A program made the position numbers and the translations under genes. A DNA stretch of 64,000 bases from Proteromonas lacertae (taxonomy: Eukaryota), in assembly GCA_002245135.1 (NCBI GenBank), contig NGBS01000884.1:1-64000 (forward strand), in the 5' to 3' direction. The notes beneath the pieces were generated by a model that ran no database searches, had not been told where the DNA came from, and saw only the letters and a list, made by a program, of their open reading frames with translations. Below are positions 1-13,147 of the stretch, piece by piece; positions within the stretch are counted from its first letter, which is position 1, and each line of letters starts with the position of its first letter.

Positions 1-280
1 ATAAAACAGTTAAATAATTTGAAGAGATTGAGTTTAAACAATAATAATGTGAAGAATAAACAACTAGTAATGACTAGAATAAGTACAATAACTGAATATA
101 ACTCAAATGTAACTATTCGAATATAAAACTTAATTTTAAATATCATTGTTATTCTATTTGTTTTTATGATTATAATGACAATCATCAGACTTATCGTGAG
201 TCACAAAATAAAAAAATAAAAAAATGAAACGAATACATTTCAATAAGAATTTGAATTTTTTCATTTTTTGAATTATCAAG

Positions 281-610
281 ATGTCTAATCCTCGATTGAT
301 ATATGTGGGTATATTAATTACACATTTTAATATTGATTTTAGGTGGTTTAGATGAAAATGTGAATGAAGCCATTCTTCATTCTGCTTTTATTCCATTTGG
401 TGATATAATATCAGTTCAAATTCCTTTAGATAATAATAGTGGTAAAAGTCGTGGGTATGGTTTTGTTGAATATGAAGAAGTAGAAGATGCAAAAGCTGCT
501 ATTAATAATATGCATAGTATGATTAACTATTTGTATTGAATAGATGCTGAACTATATAATAAAGTATTGTCTGTTTCAATTGCAAAACCACAGAAGGAAA
601 GACCGTTTTA
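281..610 (+). CDS. RRM protein resembling the N-terminal RRM of cyclophilin E (PPIE/Cyp33), with no PPIase domain
   Basis: Removing GT-AG introns 309-342 and 517-543 gives [31 protein letters not shown]...[38 protein letters not shown]...*. RNP2 and RNP1 are present, and AFIPFGDI is typical of the PPIE RRM. Confidence 0.85.
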
Positions 611-997
611 AGTTATATTCTTATTCTATTATTATTTAATTATTGGTGTTTTAAGCATGAATATAATTATCATGATTTACCATTAATCTTTTTATAATTT
701 TGCAAAATGTGAATAAGTAAGAGGTGTTTGAGATAAATTTTTACAACAATCACCCTATTCATCAAACAAACAAACTGCAACTTCTATTTAATTGGCATAA
801 CAACTAATATATAAGATTTAGCGAAATGTTTGTTATGTCTTCAACAGGTGATTTTTTTCATATATAATGTTAGTAAAACACATAACTAAAGTAATACTTC
901 ATGAACATTTGAAATTATATATGTTGTTTAAATTACGGAGTTTTATAAAACAATATACAATATAATATAAATTAATAGTATAAATTAAAGTTAATAA

Positions 998-1855
998 CTA
1001 ATTTGTTGATTTCTTAAATTCATTCATTGTATTACATTTATCCTGTTCATCAATACTATAGATATAAATAAAGTGGATATATACTTTTTAGCTACAGTAA
1101 TATAAAGTAGGTGCAATTTCTTTTAATATGTTAAGCAAATACTATTGTAATGAAAATTATATGTATATGAATATAAAATACTTTAATCTGACTATCTTTC
1201 GCCATATTCTCATTCCTATGAATCATTAATTTATTTGTAAGATCAGCAATTATTGTTTTAGCATTACTCAATTCCTGGCTTAAATGCTCTATTTTATGTT
1301 TAAAACCTGTATTTATTTGTTTTAATTTATTTATTTCTGTTACACAACAACTCTAATTACAATTACTCTAAATTACGAATATATATACCTCTAAATGTGT
1401 TTGTAATTGCTCTAAAGGTCCTGTCCAACTACAGCCAAACTCTTTATTGTCGCAATATACCAAAGCATCTTTTATCATATTTGTTATTATTCTCCTATAT
1501 TTGAATATAAAATATACTATATACCCTGGTTTCGTTATTTTATTAAAATCTAAACTTTTTTTATCTACAGGACAGGTATCATGATCATTTAACCATTCCA
1601 GAAGATCAGCTTCACTAAAAATATAACGATGATAATAATACCAGTAAATATGTTCACATTCTGTAAGAACTGGTTTCAAAGGTACACCGTGACAGATTGG
1701 ACATAAGATTGTGTCTTGATACACTCTGGATGTACAAAATAACTCAAGTTACGACTTTCAGGTCCTGCATAGGCTTCTCCTCTGAGTTCAGGTATTGGAA
1801 CATCCATAAAAGACGAAAAAGGGAAATGAGCTTGTCTTCTCGAGCCTGGATCCAT
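998..1855 (-). CDS. RING finger / TRAF-type zinc finger protein (RNF41/RNF151-like); apparent frameshifts
   Basis: CPICHGVPLKPVLTECEH...WLNDHDTCPVDK RING, then CDNKEFGCSWTGPLEQLQTHLE and a coiled coil. Several GT-AG introns. Frame break near 1718-1722; 3' end uncertain. Confidence 0.7.
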
Positions 1856-1876
1856 ATTTCTATCCTTATTTGCCAA

Positions 1877-2682
1877 ATGGGTAAGAAGAATAACCAAGAA
1901 AATATAATATTAATTGGAATGTTGAGAGGTCTGTCACGTGAAGAAGAATATATATGGATAAATAAGAAAGTTTGTAGAAAAGAAGAAAGACAACAAATAA
2001 GAGCCACATTAAAAGTCATTAGTTAAATCAAAACAAATTAGTAATGAATTTGTACACAACAAGAAAAACTAAGATTATAAAATAGAGAAAAGGATATGAA
2101 GTATCAATGAAAATAGATGTTCATATGTTTCATTTTGTTGGTTATATACCTGGAATTATTCTCTTCATGGGAGCAGTAGTAAGTTATCCCAAAAGATGTG
2201 TTTATATCTGCTGAATGAGTTGAATAAAATGTTAATTACTTGTTATAAAAGAAACTCTTACAGATTATTCAATATCGTTTAAGAAACAACATAAAAACTT
2301 GAAGAATCTGTTCTACAATCATCATGTATATATTATCATTATATTTGTTAGTTGAATTACAATGATTACTTAAAAATTGATAGATTAAGTCCATTATTAG
2401 ATAAGGCGGATAAAATAAAAGCAAAAACTGCTGATAACCTTTGCACTATTGTTAGAGATGTGAATAATCTTGAAACTATTGATTTAAAATCTATCAAATT
2501 GAATGAAACATCAAAAGATTATGCAGTTAATTCACAAAAGTTAGGTAAAAGATTAAACCATTCTTCTCCAAAAAAGTAATACTTTTTGAATTTTTTTAAT
2601 ATAATTTTTATAGATAACAGCAATTATAGCAATTTCAACTCTTTCTTGGATGATTTATTTTTTCCTAATTGCACTGAGTTAA
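1877..2682 (+). CDS. Longin-type R-SNARE (VAMP7/Sec22-like); apparent frameshifts
   Basis: Longin-like MFHFVG...SYPKRCVY, R-SNARE-like heptads DRLSPLLDKADKIKAKTADNL...LETIDLKSIKLNETSKDY, and a C-terminal TM exon ITAIIAISTLSWMIYFFLIALS*. The frame breaks near 2010 and 2210. Confidence 0.55.
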
Positions 2683-3040
2683 ATAATTGTAATTATACTT
2701 TATTTTTCAAATTTATTCATTGTGTATGCAATAACTACTAATCTACTCGCATATAATTAGTCTAACAAATTTTCATAGTGAAAGGCATAAAAACAATACC
2801 ACAAATGAGAAATTGAAGAAAGTTAGTTCATTTTGTGTAACAGTTTGTAACGCATCAATTTTCGAATCTTAGCATTTCTTTTTTCTTTCTGTTTAGGAAA
2901 TTATACTAGGCAGAATAAATCATATAATTATCTAAACACTAAAATTACATCCAGTACATTCCGTTGTATCCACTTTTTTCACTCATCTTTGAAGTTAACG
3001 TACCCAAATTTTATATAGATATATTTATCAAAGACTAGAT

Positions 3041-3573
3041 ATGGATCCAACACAGGTATAATATCTATATCATTTTCTACCAGCAGAATCACAATGTGAA
3101 AAAAACATCTGAAGAAGAAGAAACAGATGGTTCAAGAAATGGCAGATGGACTGACGAGGAACATAATTTATTTTTGCAAGGTTTAAATCTTCATGGTCGT
3201 GATTGGAAAGCAATTGCTGCATTAGTATTGATATTGAGTTTATTTTGTATAGGTAAAAACACGAAATTTAGTTCAAATAAGAACACATGCTCAGAAATAC
3301 TTCTTAAAACAAGAAAAGAATAAGAGATCAAATGTATTTATAAAATGAGTGAATGTTTATGATATTTATAGGATATGGCATTTGCTACACCACCACCTAG
3401 TAAAGTTCGTAAACTAAATGAAGGAACAAAATCAGCAGATCGAGGAGTGAAGTATTTTTATTTTCATTTTATTTTTTTATTTGTTTTAGTATTCCTCCTT
3501 ATCCAACTCGTTCTAGAACATCAATTCAAATACAATCATTAGCACCACCACCACTGCAAATACCACAAATGTC

Positions 3574-3607
<34 letters not shown>

Positions 3608-6117
3608 TTATCACAACAACAACAACAACAACAACAACAACTTCCACCTCCAATCAATACTCCACAAATAATAAAGATTGATATTCCATTATCTCCAGAT
3701 GAAGATGATTATCCAAATACACCATTATCAAGATTTAATAATGGAAGATCTGAATTGCATAATGTATAATAATTAATTCACTTTATTATTTACAAATAGG
3801 CAATTGTTTCTGGTAATATTAAATTAATAGAATTACTATTAGCTGATGCTAAGAAGAATAGTAGTAACATCAATTTACCTGATTCACAAGGTTTTACACC
3901 ATTAATGTTAGCTGCCTGTATTGCTGATTCTAAAATGAGTTTGAAATTATGTGATATATTAATTCAAAATGGAGCACATCTTGATGATAGGGATCATATA
4001 GGAAATACTCCTTTACATTGGGCTTCTGCTATTGGATCATCAAGTATATTATCATTTATATTATTTATGTATTTGTCTATAGAAGGAATTCAATTATTAA
4101 TTGAAAAAGGAAGTGATCCAAATTGGGTAAATAATAACAAAGAAACTCCACTTCATACAGCTTCAAGATATGGTAGAATCTCAGTAATAGAATATCTATT
4201 ATCACCAGCTATCAATGCAGATTACAAAGTCCAAAATATCGACTATTTAACAGCCTTTGATGTTGCTGGTTGTCCTGCAGGATGTGTAGTAGATCCATTG
4301 TTAAGAAATATGGTAAGAAATTGTTATTTCAAATGCATTCCATATTTTAGAACTTTAGTTTTGTATCATAATGATTGTATCAAACCAATCAGTAACGGAG
4401 GTGATCCAAATAGTTATTTGAATTGGGAAAACTCAGATCGTGTCAAAGTAATCTTAAACAAATTACATGAGAAATTTGTACAAAATGAAATTGATTATAC
4501 AGACGAAATCAATTTAATCAGTAAAGAACAAATGGTTAAAGTCCATACAGAATCATACATTGAGTTCTTATTTGCATTGGATAAATCAGTACAAGATAAA
4601 GAAGGATATGTTCCTATGACACCCACAATACAAGGTAAATTTGGTACTGTATTTCCAGTAAAGAATTCTGCTAATAGTGAAACACAATTAAGTAAAGAGA
4701 CATTCACTGCAGCAAGAAGAGCATCAGGTGCAATCTGTAAAGCAATTGATGATATTGTTGCAGGTAAACATCGTAATGCATTTTGTGTAGTTAGACCTCC
4801 AGGTCATAATTGTGGTTTGAAAGGCTTGGCTAAATTATCAAGTGGTTGTGGTTATTCTATATTAAACCATATAATGATTGGTACTCAATACTGTTTAGAT
4901 ACATATAAAGATATTAAGAAAATAGCAATTGTTGATTTTGATATACATCATGGAAATGGAACTGAAGAATTAATAAAGAAGTTTAATAAATCAGATCAAT
5001 TGTTATATATTTCTTTACATTTATATTGTAAAGATCCAGAGAATAAATATGAATTTTACCCTGGTACTGGTGATTGTGATGATTTTATAAATAATATCTA
5101 TAACTGTCCAATCAGTCCAAATTGGGATAATTGTGTAAATAATAATGATAGAACCTATTATTTATTTATGTTTCATTCAAGAGTTTTACCTACTTTAAGA
5201 GCTTTTAAACCTGATTTAATCTTAGTATCTGCAGGATTTGATGGTGGTAAAGCGGATGTTGGTAATAGTCGATCTCAACCGAAATATGATTCAGGAATGG
5301 ATCTTGTACCAGATGATTATATGAATATGGCTGATGAATTACAGAAAATGGCAAATATTTGTTGTAAAGGAAGGTTAGTTAATTTATTAGAAGGTGGATA
5401 TGGCCATTATGAGAAACCTCAACCTAATCAAATACTATTAAACCGTTCATCATTAGCAGTAAACTGTTCATCTTATATTCATGGTTTAACTGGCAAAAAT
5501 GGTCCAATTCAGAATAATAACAAATCTTCACAGAAATACTGTAAATGTGGTGAAAATAAGAATGAATATATGTTGGAATGTAGTTCAGGCAAAGTATGTG
5601 GTGGTTGGGTGCATTTGAGCTGTGTTGGTTTAGACAATTTGACTGAGAAAGAAGCAAGAAGATTAATCGATTATATTTGCCCATTTTGTAGAGCAGAAGG
5701 TTTTCCTGTGAATGGGATTTTGTCGCCAACGTTTAGTGTAAGAACTCCTTCTAGTTTTCATAATGCTAATAATAATCCTTATGCTGAGGTATATATATAT
5801 ATAAATATATATATAAATATTTAACTCATTTATGTTTATAGTTGGCTGGTTTAGCTGCATTATCTGATGAATATATTTTGCCATCACCTAAGCATGATAA
5901 TTTCATGTCTTCACCATTAGTTTATCACGATACGGTCAATATGTCAAAAGGTAAGTCAATATTTGATTCTATCAGTATTACTACTGAGAATAATAACACT
6001 AATAATAAGTTAACCAAAGAAAACAATGTACAGACAACATTATCCACAATCAATCCTGAAGTGAACAGTACAGTGATACAATCAGAGCCAGAACCAGATG
6101 AAAAGAAAAATAGTTAG
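3041..6117 (+). CDS. Myb (SHAQKYF class) - polyQ - ankyrin repeats - class II-like histone deacetylase - PHD finger fusion
   Basis: Six short GT-AG introns join ORFs 3096, 3569, 3905 and 5842 in frame. Motifs: GRWTDEEH...QIRTHAQKYF; GRSELHNAIVSGN, GFTPLMLA, GNTPLHWA, ETPLHTA; RPPGHN, DFDIHHGNGT, SAGFD, LEGGY; CKC...MLECS...CGGWVHLSC...YICPFC. Confidence 0.88.
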
Positions 6118-6235
6118 ATTAAAGAGTTAAACATTAAAATATAACATCTTTATATATCATGCAAATGTATTTTTTGTGTAATTTTTAAAAAAATTGGTAG
6201 TTGAAATTATATTCGTTACATAGTCTGTTATTTAT

Positions 6236-7540
6236 ATGATGGAAACTGAGAAGCTGGTAGGAATATTATAAATTTTATAAATAGAGTCTAGCTTATACCA
6301 ATTATTCTGAATATATTAATTCCCGAATTAAATCACAAACATTATTACCTATAGATAGCCTTATGGAGAATATAGCAGCACTGTTAAGTTGTATTATATT
6401 TCTATTCTATGCTAATAGTGAACAATTATGAGATATCCGAGTGGGAATACAAATATCTATGTGTTTGGTCAGAATGTAATGAATACCCATATATAACATC
6501 AACTAAGCTATGTATGTATTTAGATGTGAGTGACATTGATGTTATTAAGTTTTATTTTGATATTTACGGTATAAGTGTTATGCTTATAATAAAAATAGAT
6601 CGACACGTTGAATATAACAATTTTCTATCATTTATATGTATATTTGCTTTTTTCCCAATAGAATCACTAATTCAAAGTATAAATCTTATATGTTAATATT
6701 ACATATTATATAAATAGTTCTATTATCTATATGTTCAATAAATTCACACTATATGATACAAAAAGACCAAATAATTACTTTTTTAAGGTGTATTGGAGTT
6801 GAATCCTCTGAATTAGATCCAATACTTGAATGGTATAAGAAAACTGTAGTGTATATATATAAATTATATAAATCATTATATAACTTATAATTTTAAATAT
6901 AATAAATAGAGGTAAATCAAGGCAAATTGAACTTCGTATATTTTTAACTTACTTAGAAAGACATAATGAGTTATTAGGTAATATATTAAATCTTCGTAAG
7001 TCGATTATAAGCAATGTTATAACAAACTCAACATATAATAAAATAAAAAATAGAATGGAATTTTTTGATAAAAAGAATTATTCTTCTTATCCACCTGAAT
7101 CTTGTATATCATATTTAAATAGAACCTGTATAACACATGAACCACATCCGTATTACTCAGATTATAAAACAAATAACAATTCAAGTAGAGTATCCTATCT
7201 TACAGTCACATTTGAAATTAAGAAAAGATATGGTTATGCTAAGAGGATAGAAAGAAACTCAAAAGCAAGTAGTGGTAATAATCAAAGAAGTGCACCTGAT
7301 AGTACTTCAGAAAAATATGAAGAAGGGCAAAATAGGATAAAAAGTAGTTTAAAACCATCAAAAAGCTCAGTATCTGCTAACATGTTTAGTCCAGTAAATA
7401 GTCATAGAAGTGTTTCAACTTATAAGCTTCAATCAAGAAGAGGCACTTTACTTACAGGTGATAGATCTTCTTCTAAAGTATATCCTGGTCCGTCTTTTAT
7501 GAGTCCTACTAATAAGACAAATTCAGGCATAGTTGTATAA
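6236..7540 (+). CDS. Unknown family paralog 1 (possible degenerate EF-hand fold)
   Basis: Five GT-AG introns; motifs LLPID, NNYEISEWEYKYL, EPHPYYSDY and KRYGYAKR are shared with three nearby genes. Confidence 0.8.
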
Positions 7541-7726
7541 ATTTAAGAAAATATTAAGAAGACAAAATATTTATTCATCGTTTAAATGTATTATTTGCAT
7601 ATATTTTTTACTTATTTTTTGAATAGTTGGGTGTTTAACATGTCTAAAATAATAAAATAAAAAATAGACCAAATTTTAAAGAAATAATAGTCGTTACAGA
7701 TTAATGATGTTTTTTATTTGTTGAAA

Positions 7727-8993
7727 ATGGATGAAATAACAGTTGAATTATTGGTATCTACTTTCAATAATAATATTATCATAGACAGATGCATATAATT
7801 CATACTCTTCTTTTCGTAAAAAGAATAAACCAACCACATTACTACCAACAGACATTACAACCACTCATTTAGGAGATTTACTATGCCGTATATATTTATA
7901 AATAATTTTTGCTAGTAAATTTCTATGAAATATCTGAATGGCAGTATAAATACCTAAATATCTGGTGTATTAAACCAGATTACCCTTTTATAACAACTCG
8001 AGCATTATATACATTTATACATATTAAACCTATGGCTATTATAGAATATTACTTCGCTATTTATGGTATTTATTCATATATATTAAACAATCAATAGAAC
8101 AGCATATTGGTCCAATAGAATTTATCCCATTCCTATGTGTGTTTGTATTTTTTCCATTAGACTCTATTCTACCTCTGCTTCTTTCTATATGCGGTGTTCA
8201 TTCAAATTATTCATTAAATTCCACACAAATTTTAACATTTTTACATTCAATAGGATGTGAACCAGCAGCTGTGCAATATACAGAAGACTGGATCAAACAT
8301 GAAGAAACTAATTCAGGCCGAATACCTATGAGGAATTTCTTACAGTATATATCCACACATTCATCCATAATAAAGCCAGTGAAAGAATTAAAATCTGCAT
8401 TAATAACCAATATAGTCTCATTACAGTCGTACAACGCAATTCTACAGAGGAAATCGTACTATGATATGCCTGAATTGCTTGGTCATGGTCCTGAGTTTGA
8501 AAGTTGTACAGATATGATAGTTAGATCAATTTTTACTCATAAACCATCTCCACAACATACAGATTATTCTCCTCAAGATTCTACCCAATCTTATCAATCT
8601 CTAATTTATTTATTAAGATGTAGATATGGATATTCAAAGAGGCCAAACTGCTCTTTACAGTGTTCTAGTAGATTTAGCTCAGGAAGGTATGAAGAAGGAA
8701 TTGAAAAGATTAAAGGGAGTGTTAGAAATAATGATATGTCTTGTTCATTAACTCCATCTGCTCGTAATCTAGGAGTATTTAATTCTAGTGAGAAAAGAAG
8801 TTCTCTTACTATTTCAATGCTATATAAAAGTAAGAGTAAGAGAGAATCTGTAAAATTAACTAATTTAGCTCCTGTTCGTCAAATTAGTCATAAAGAAACA
8901 ATTTCAGATCATAACTATTATACGCCTGTTTCAAAGCGTTCTTCAGTAGTTCCAATATGTTTTACCTTTGAAGAGAACTATGAAGGTGTGTAA
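7727..8993 (+). CDS. Unknown family paralog 2
   Basis: Three introns at positions shared with the other paralogs; NFYEISEWQYKYL, YLLRCRYGYSKR. Confidence 0.8.
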
Positions 8994-9087
8994 ATTGTAC
9001 ATAAATATATATTTTTAATTTTATGGGTTGTGAAAATTGTTTTTTTGGTTAAACCTCTTTTAATTTAAATTAGTGGTTTTATCTATA

Positions 9088-10427
9088 ATGAGCAATGAAT
9101 ATACTATTAACATGATGGTATAGGTTTGTTTATTTTTTATTTATTTAGACGAAGGCATATAATCATTATAAGAGCTTTCTGAAAGGTCATTGGGACATTC
9201 CAACGCTTTTACCTATAGATGAATTTATCAGACAGTTTGCATATACTTTTTGTTGTATAAATTGATGTTTTATATATTTTAGTGAACAATTATGAGATAT
9301 CTGAATGGCAGTTCAAATATCTCACAATATGGTCATCTTGTCCTGAAGCACCATTTATTACAACAGAAATGCTATTTAATTACCTTGGAATTCAAAGAAT
9401 AGACATAGTAGATTTATATTTTAGTGTTTATAATCATCAAATTAGCTCAGGCAATTTCATATCCCTAATCTGTACATTTGCCTTCTTCACATTAGAACAA
9501 ATGCTTCAAGTCCTACTCTCCATTTGTGGAATTCATTCAAATTGTTATATAAACCAAGAGCAAATATTTTCATTTTTAGCAGCACTCAATGTTGAAATAA
9601 TATCAGTCAAACTCACAGAGAAATGGCTATCAGCAAGAGGAGAATCTAGACATTCAAAAAATCCTAAACGAATATCATTAAAATCATTTTTAAAGTTTTT
9701 ATCTGATAATCCTTCGGTGATCAATACTTTATTTTATTTCAAAGCATGTCTTGTGGAAACGATAATCACAGATCATACTTACAAAATCATCATCAATAGG
9801 AAGAAATTTTACAATTCACAAATTGATAATAAAAATAACCAAAATGAGAGTAAAATGAGAATTAATATTCATACTTCTACATCTAAAGTTAGACATGCAC
9901 ACAGTTATAATAATAATAAAAACATTCCGCCAGAACCGTTATGTAGAAAAATGTTTAGAATAATCTTCACGAATGAACCAGCACCTTATTTTTCTGAATA
10001 TGTGCCGATATCATATATCAATAATAATAATTCATATGATACAGTAATTTACTTATTGAGGTGTAAATATGGATATTCCAAAAGATTAACATCAACAGCT
10101 ACCTCTATGAGAAATACAACAACAACAACTAATACAGAATCTACAAATAGTGAGCAAGAGTTTCCTGCTAAAATTAAACAGAAACACAGTCTCAATTCAA
10201 GAAAATCTGGTCTTTGTAAGTCTCCGAATTATACTCCACGAAGTTTACTCCAAGCTTCAAAAGATGAGAATATTACAAGTCCAAAAATGACATTTATGTC
10301 TTTACCTGGTGTAGTTAACAATCATATCTCTTTGTCCAGTAGTCAGTTTATTAAAAAAGGTATGTCAGTGAAGAATAGTACTAATTCAAAGACAATACAA
10401 GAGAATATATCTCAAATGGGAGTATAA
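9088..10427 (+). CDS. Unknown family paralog 3
   Basis: Two introns; LLPID, NNYEISEWQFKYL, EPAPYFSEY, YLLRCKYGYSKR. Confidence 0.82.
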
Positions 10428-12479
10428 TTTGTGGAACATGTATATTAAAGCAGAATATTATCCTTTGATTAATTTATTTTTCTTTAATTTATTAATATTT
10501 AACTATTTATATTCAGATTGTGTGTTATATAGCTCAACTTTATAATTTAAAATAAAATAGTGTCCACTATAAGAACTAAAATCTATTTTGCAAATAGGGA
10601 TAGTATTCAAGGATCAGATCTTGTTTGCGATTTTCTCTTTTTAACACTTTTTCTTTTCAATTTTTCATTATGTTAAAGAATGAATTGGAGGGAAAAATTT
10701 TCACAGTGTATTAAGAAACTATTCTACTTTTGAACAGGCTTTAAAAAAAGAAAAACTAATATTTGTGATTTTTAAATTTACTTCAAAAATAACTAATAAT
10801 CATATTAAAATAGAGATTAAGGCATAATAAATTGCATTAATGCATAAAATATAAAAAATATTGACAATATGAAGAAACATTTCCAATTATATGCAATTTT
10901 TGTTTCTGTTTATCAATAATATACGTGCACAACTAATACACCAAGTTATATACAACTATGGACTATCTAGCACAAATATCTACAATAGAAACATCTCACT
11001 CTAAGTATATGAAACATATAAATATATGAATAATTAATAACTATTATAAGTAGTATAATACTTTTTTGATTTATAGTTCATAATAAATAATACATTTCAC
11101 AATGCTAATTTTTAAATCTACAAATTATCTTATTTTACAGGTATGTATCATCTGTACATTTACAGTTATATTATAATTAGTCCAATGCAATTATTGAAAT
11201 GGAGAAAATTAATAGAAAATCAAGAAAAAAGAAATGAAAAAATGTCAAAATTTGCAACTTTACATGGTAAATGTCATGCTTTCAATTATTTTATGAAATA
11301 TGTAATTTATATTATATAGTATATTTTTTTTTCAATTGTGATAAATAATATTGTCAGTTGCTCCAGAATTAGTCATGTGTTTTGTTTGCATCAAATATAA
11401 CAATTCGTTCAGTTTGAGCTACAATGAGACAATAACTATAAAGAGTAGTTAGTATTACCTTCAGAAAGAGATGTTTAACTGATTATAATAATGTGTGTAT
11501 AGAATGGGAACTTCAATTCCAAAGAATGTTGCATCATCAATAAATATCACAAATGCAGTAAAATTAGTATATCCTACTAACGATGTTCCTAATATGATAA
11601 AATAAAATGAATATAAATACTAATCCAGTTGAAGATGAAATGGATGAAGGTAGTGAATTGAATGGAATATCTCGTAAATTTATGCAGAGTTGTGTATTTC
11701 GAAATGGAGGCGTTTAAAAGAAATCAGCATTTAGAAATGGTATATATATATATCCACATTAGAATCTCAAAATAATCATGGTCTTAACGGAAGTAGAGCA
11801 TCTCCATTGTTAGATATTAATATCTTTAGATATGAAATGTGATAAAATGAAGAAATAAATGATATTTAAAACGTTTAAATGTGAATAATGAATATACAAT
11901 GATTTTAACTTTGTGTATTATACTTTTATAATTTTTTTAAAATGGATTATATTTTAAAATGTATTTTAATCAATTAGTATTAATAACAACAACAACAATA
12001 ATAATAATGCATAAATTAATTAATTATAGTTTTTCATATTCAACTAAATCGGATGTAAATATATAGTACTCATTATCTTGTATGTATAAATTATTAAATA
12101 TAATTGTTTTGTTTATATCTATGTTTATATTGATACTATTATTAAAATTTAAAATTTAAAATTACTAAAATACATTTAATACTATTTACGAATGATTAAT
12201 GTATTAGAGAAAATAACCAATGAAATCGTTTCATTTTAAAAATAATTTTAATCCTAATCCTATAAGTAGTGGAAGGTATAAATATCTGAAATGAATTTTA
12301 CGGTTTATAGAGAAGTTGATGTAATTCTAATAAGATTATGTAGAATAACAGGCTTGCAAATTTACTGAGGTATATTAAGAAGAATTAAAGGCTGCAGATA
12401 TAAAGATATGATGTATATATTAAACTATATCCCCTTGGGTTTCATTAAATGCGATTCTTTCTACTTTTATTTTTCATGA

Positions 12480-12981
12480 TGGATGATTAGTCATGTCACT
12501 GAAGCATTTGGTGCTAGTATGAGAGATACAGAAAATTCCTTAAAAAAGTCATGTATAGCGAAGGTGAGATAAGAGGATGGTGAAGAGAATGAGTTGTTAC
12601 TCACATCAGGAGAAGATGTTCGTTAAACGAAGAGTTGTGACAATACACTTTTATTCGGTATGATTAGTGAAAACCCCTTGAGAAATTTAGAAACTCTCTT
12701 ATTTAAGTTCTTCAAGATATGGATAAATTCACAGCTGATATGAAAGAAGCCTTAAAAGATGTAGTAGATGTATTAGAATTGTCACATATGGATAGAAAAT
12801 ATGATCCAGAGGTGAACAAGATCAAAATGAATGATGAACAGAGATGTTAACTCATTTTCAAATCGTTTAGATAGAATGGGAATAGAAATACCAGAAAGTG
12901 CCAAGATTGTTTTATTACAAGAAGAGAAGTTTAAGAGTTATTACACTGATTTAATTTATACATTGAAAGAATATGAAAAGA
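12480..12981 (+). pseudogene. Degraded N-terminal fragments of an axonemal outer-arm dynein heavy chain (gamma/DNAH5-DNAH8 class)
   Basis: WMISHVTEAFG...ELLLTSGEDVR*...DNTLLFGMISENPLRNLETLL, frameshift, DMDKFTADMKEALKDVVDVLEL, then RLDRMGIEIPESAKIVLLQEEKFKSYYTDLIYTLKEYEK. Internal stops and large deletions. Matched from memory to the outer-arm gamma heavy-chain tail. Confidence 0.75.
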
Positions 12982-13014
12982 AGATTAACGAGGAGAAAAA
13001 AACTCTGGATTTGA

Positions 13015-13146
13015 TCACATGATGTTTATATGTATCTATATTCATTGATGTCCATGTTAATGTAACCATACCAGGTTTTAACTTATAATCAATATCAGCA
13101 ATATGAGATTTCAATAATATAGCTGTGATTGGTATAATTCTATTAA
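13015..13146 (-). pseudogene. Inverted continuation of the same dynein heavy-chain relic
   Basis: The minus strand reads NRIIPITAILLKSHIADIDYKLKPGMVTLTWTSMNIDTYKHHV, the segment that follows ...LKEYE in gamma/DNAH5-type chains. Confidence 0.8.
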
Positions 13147-13147
13147 A

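Noticed and set aside
281..610. RRM-only PPIE as a novelty
   Set aside because: RRM-only relatives of Cyp33 occur in other eukaryotes, so this is low novelty.
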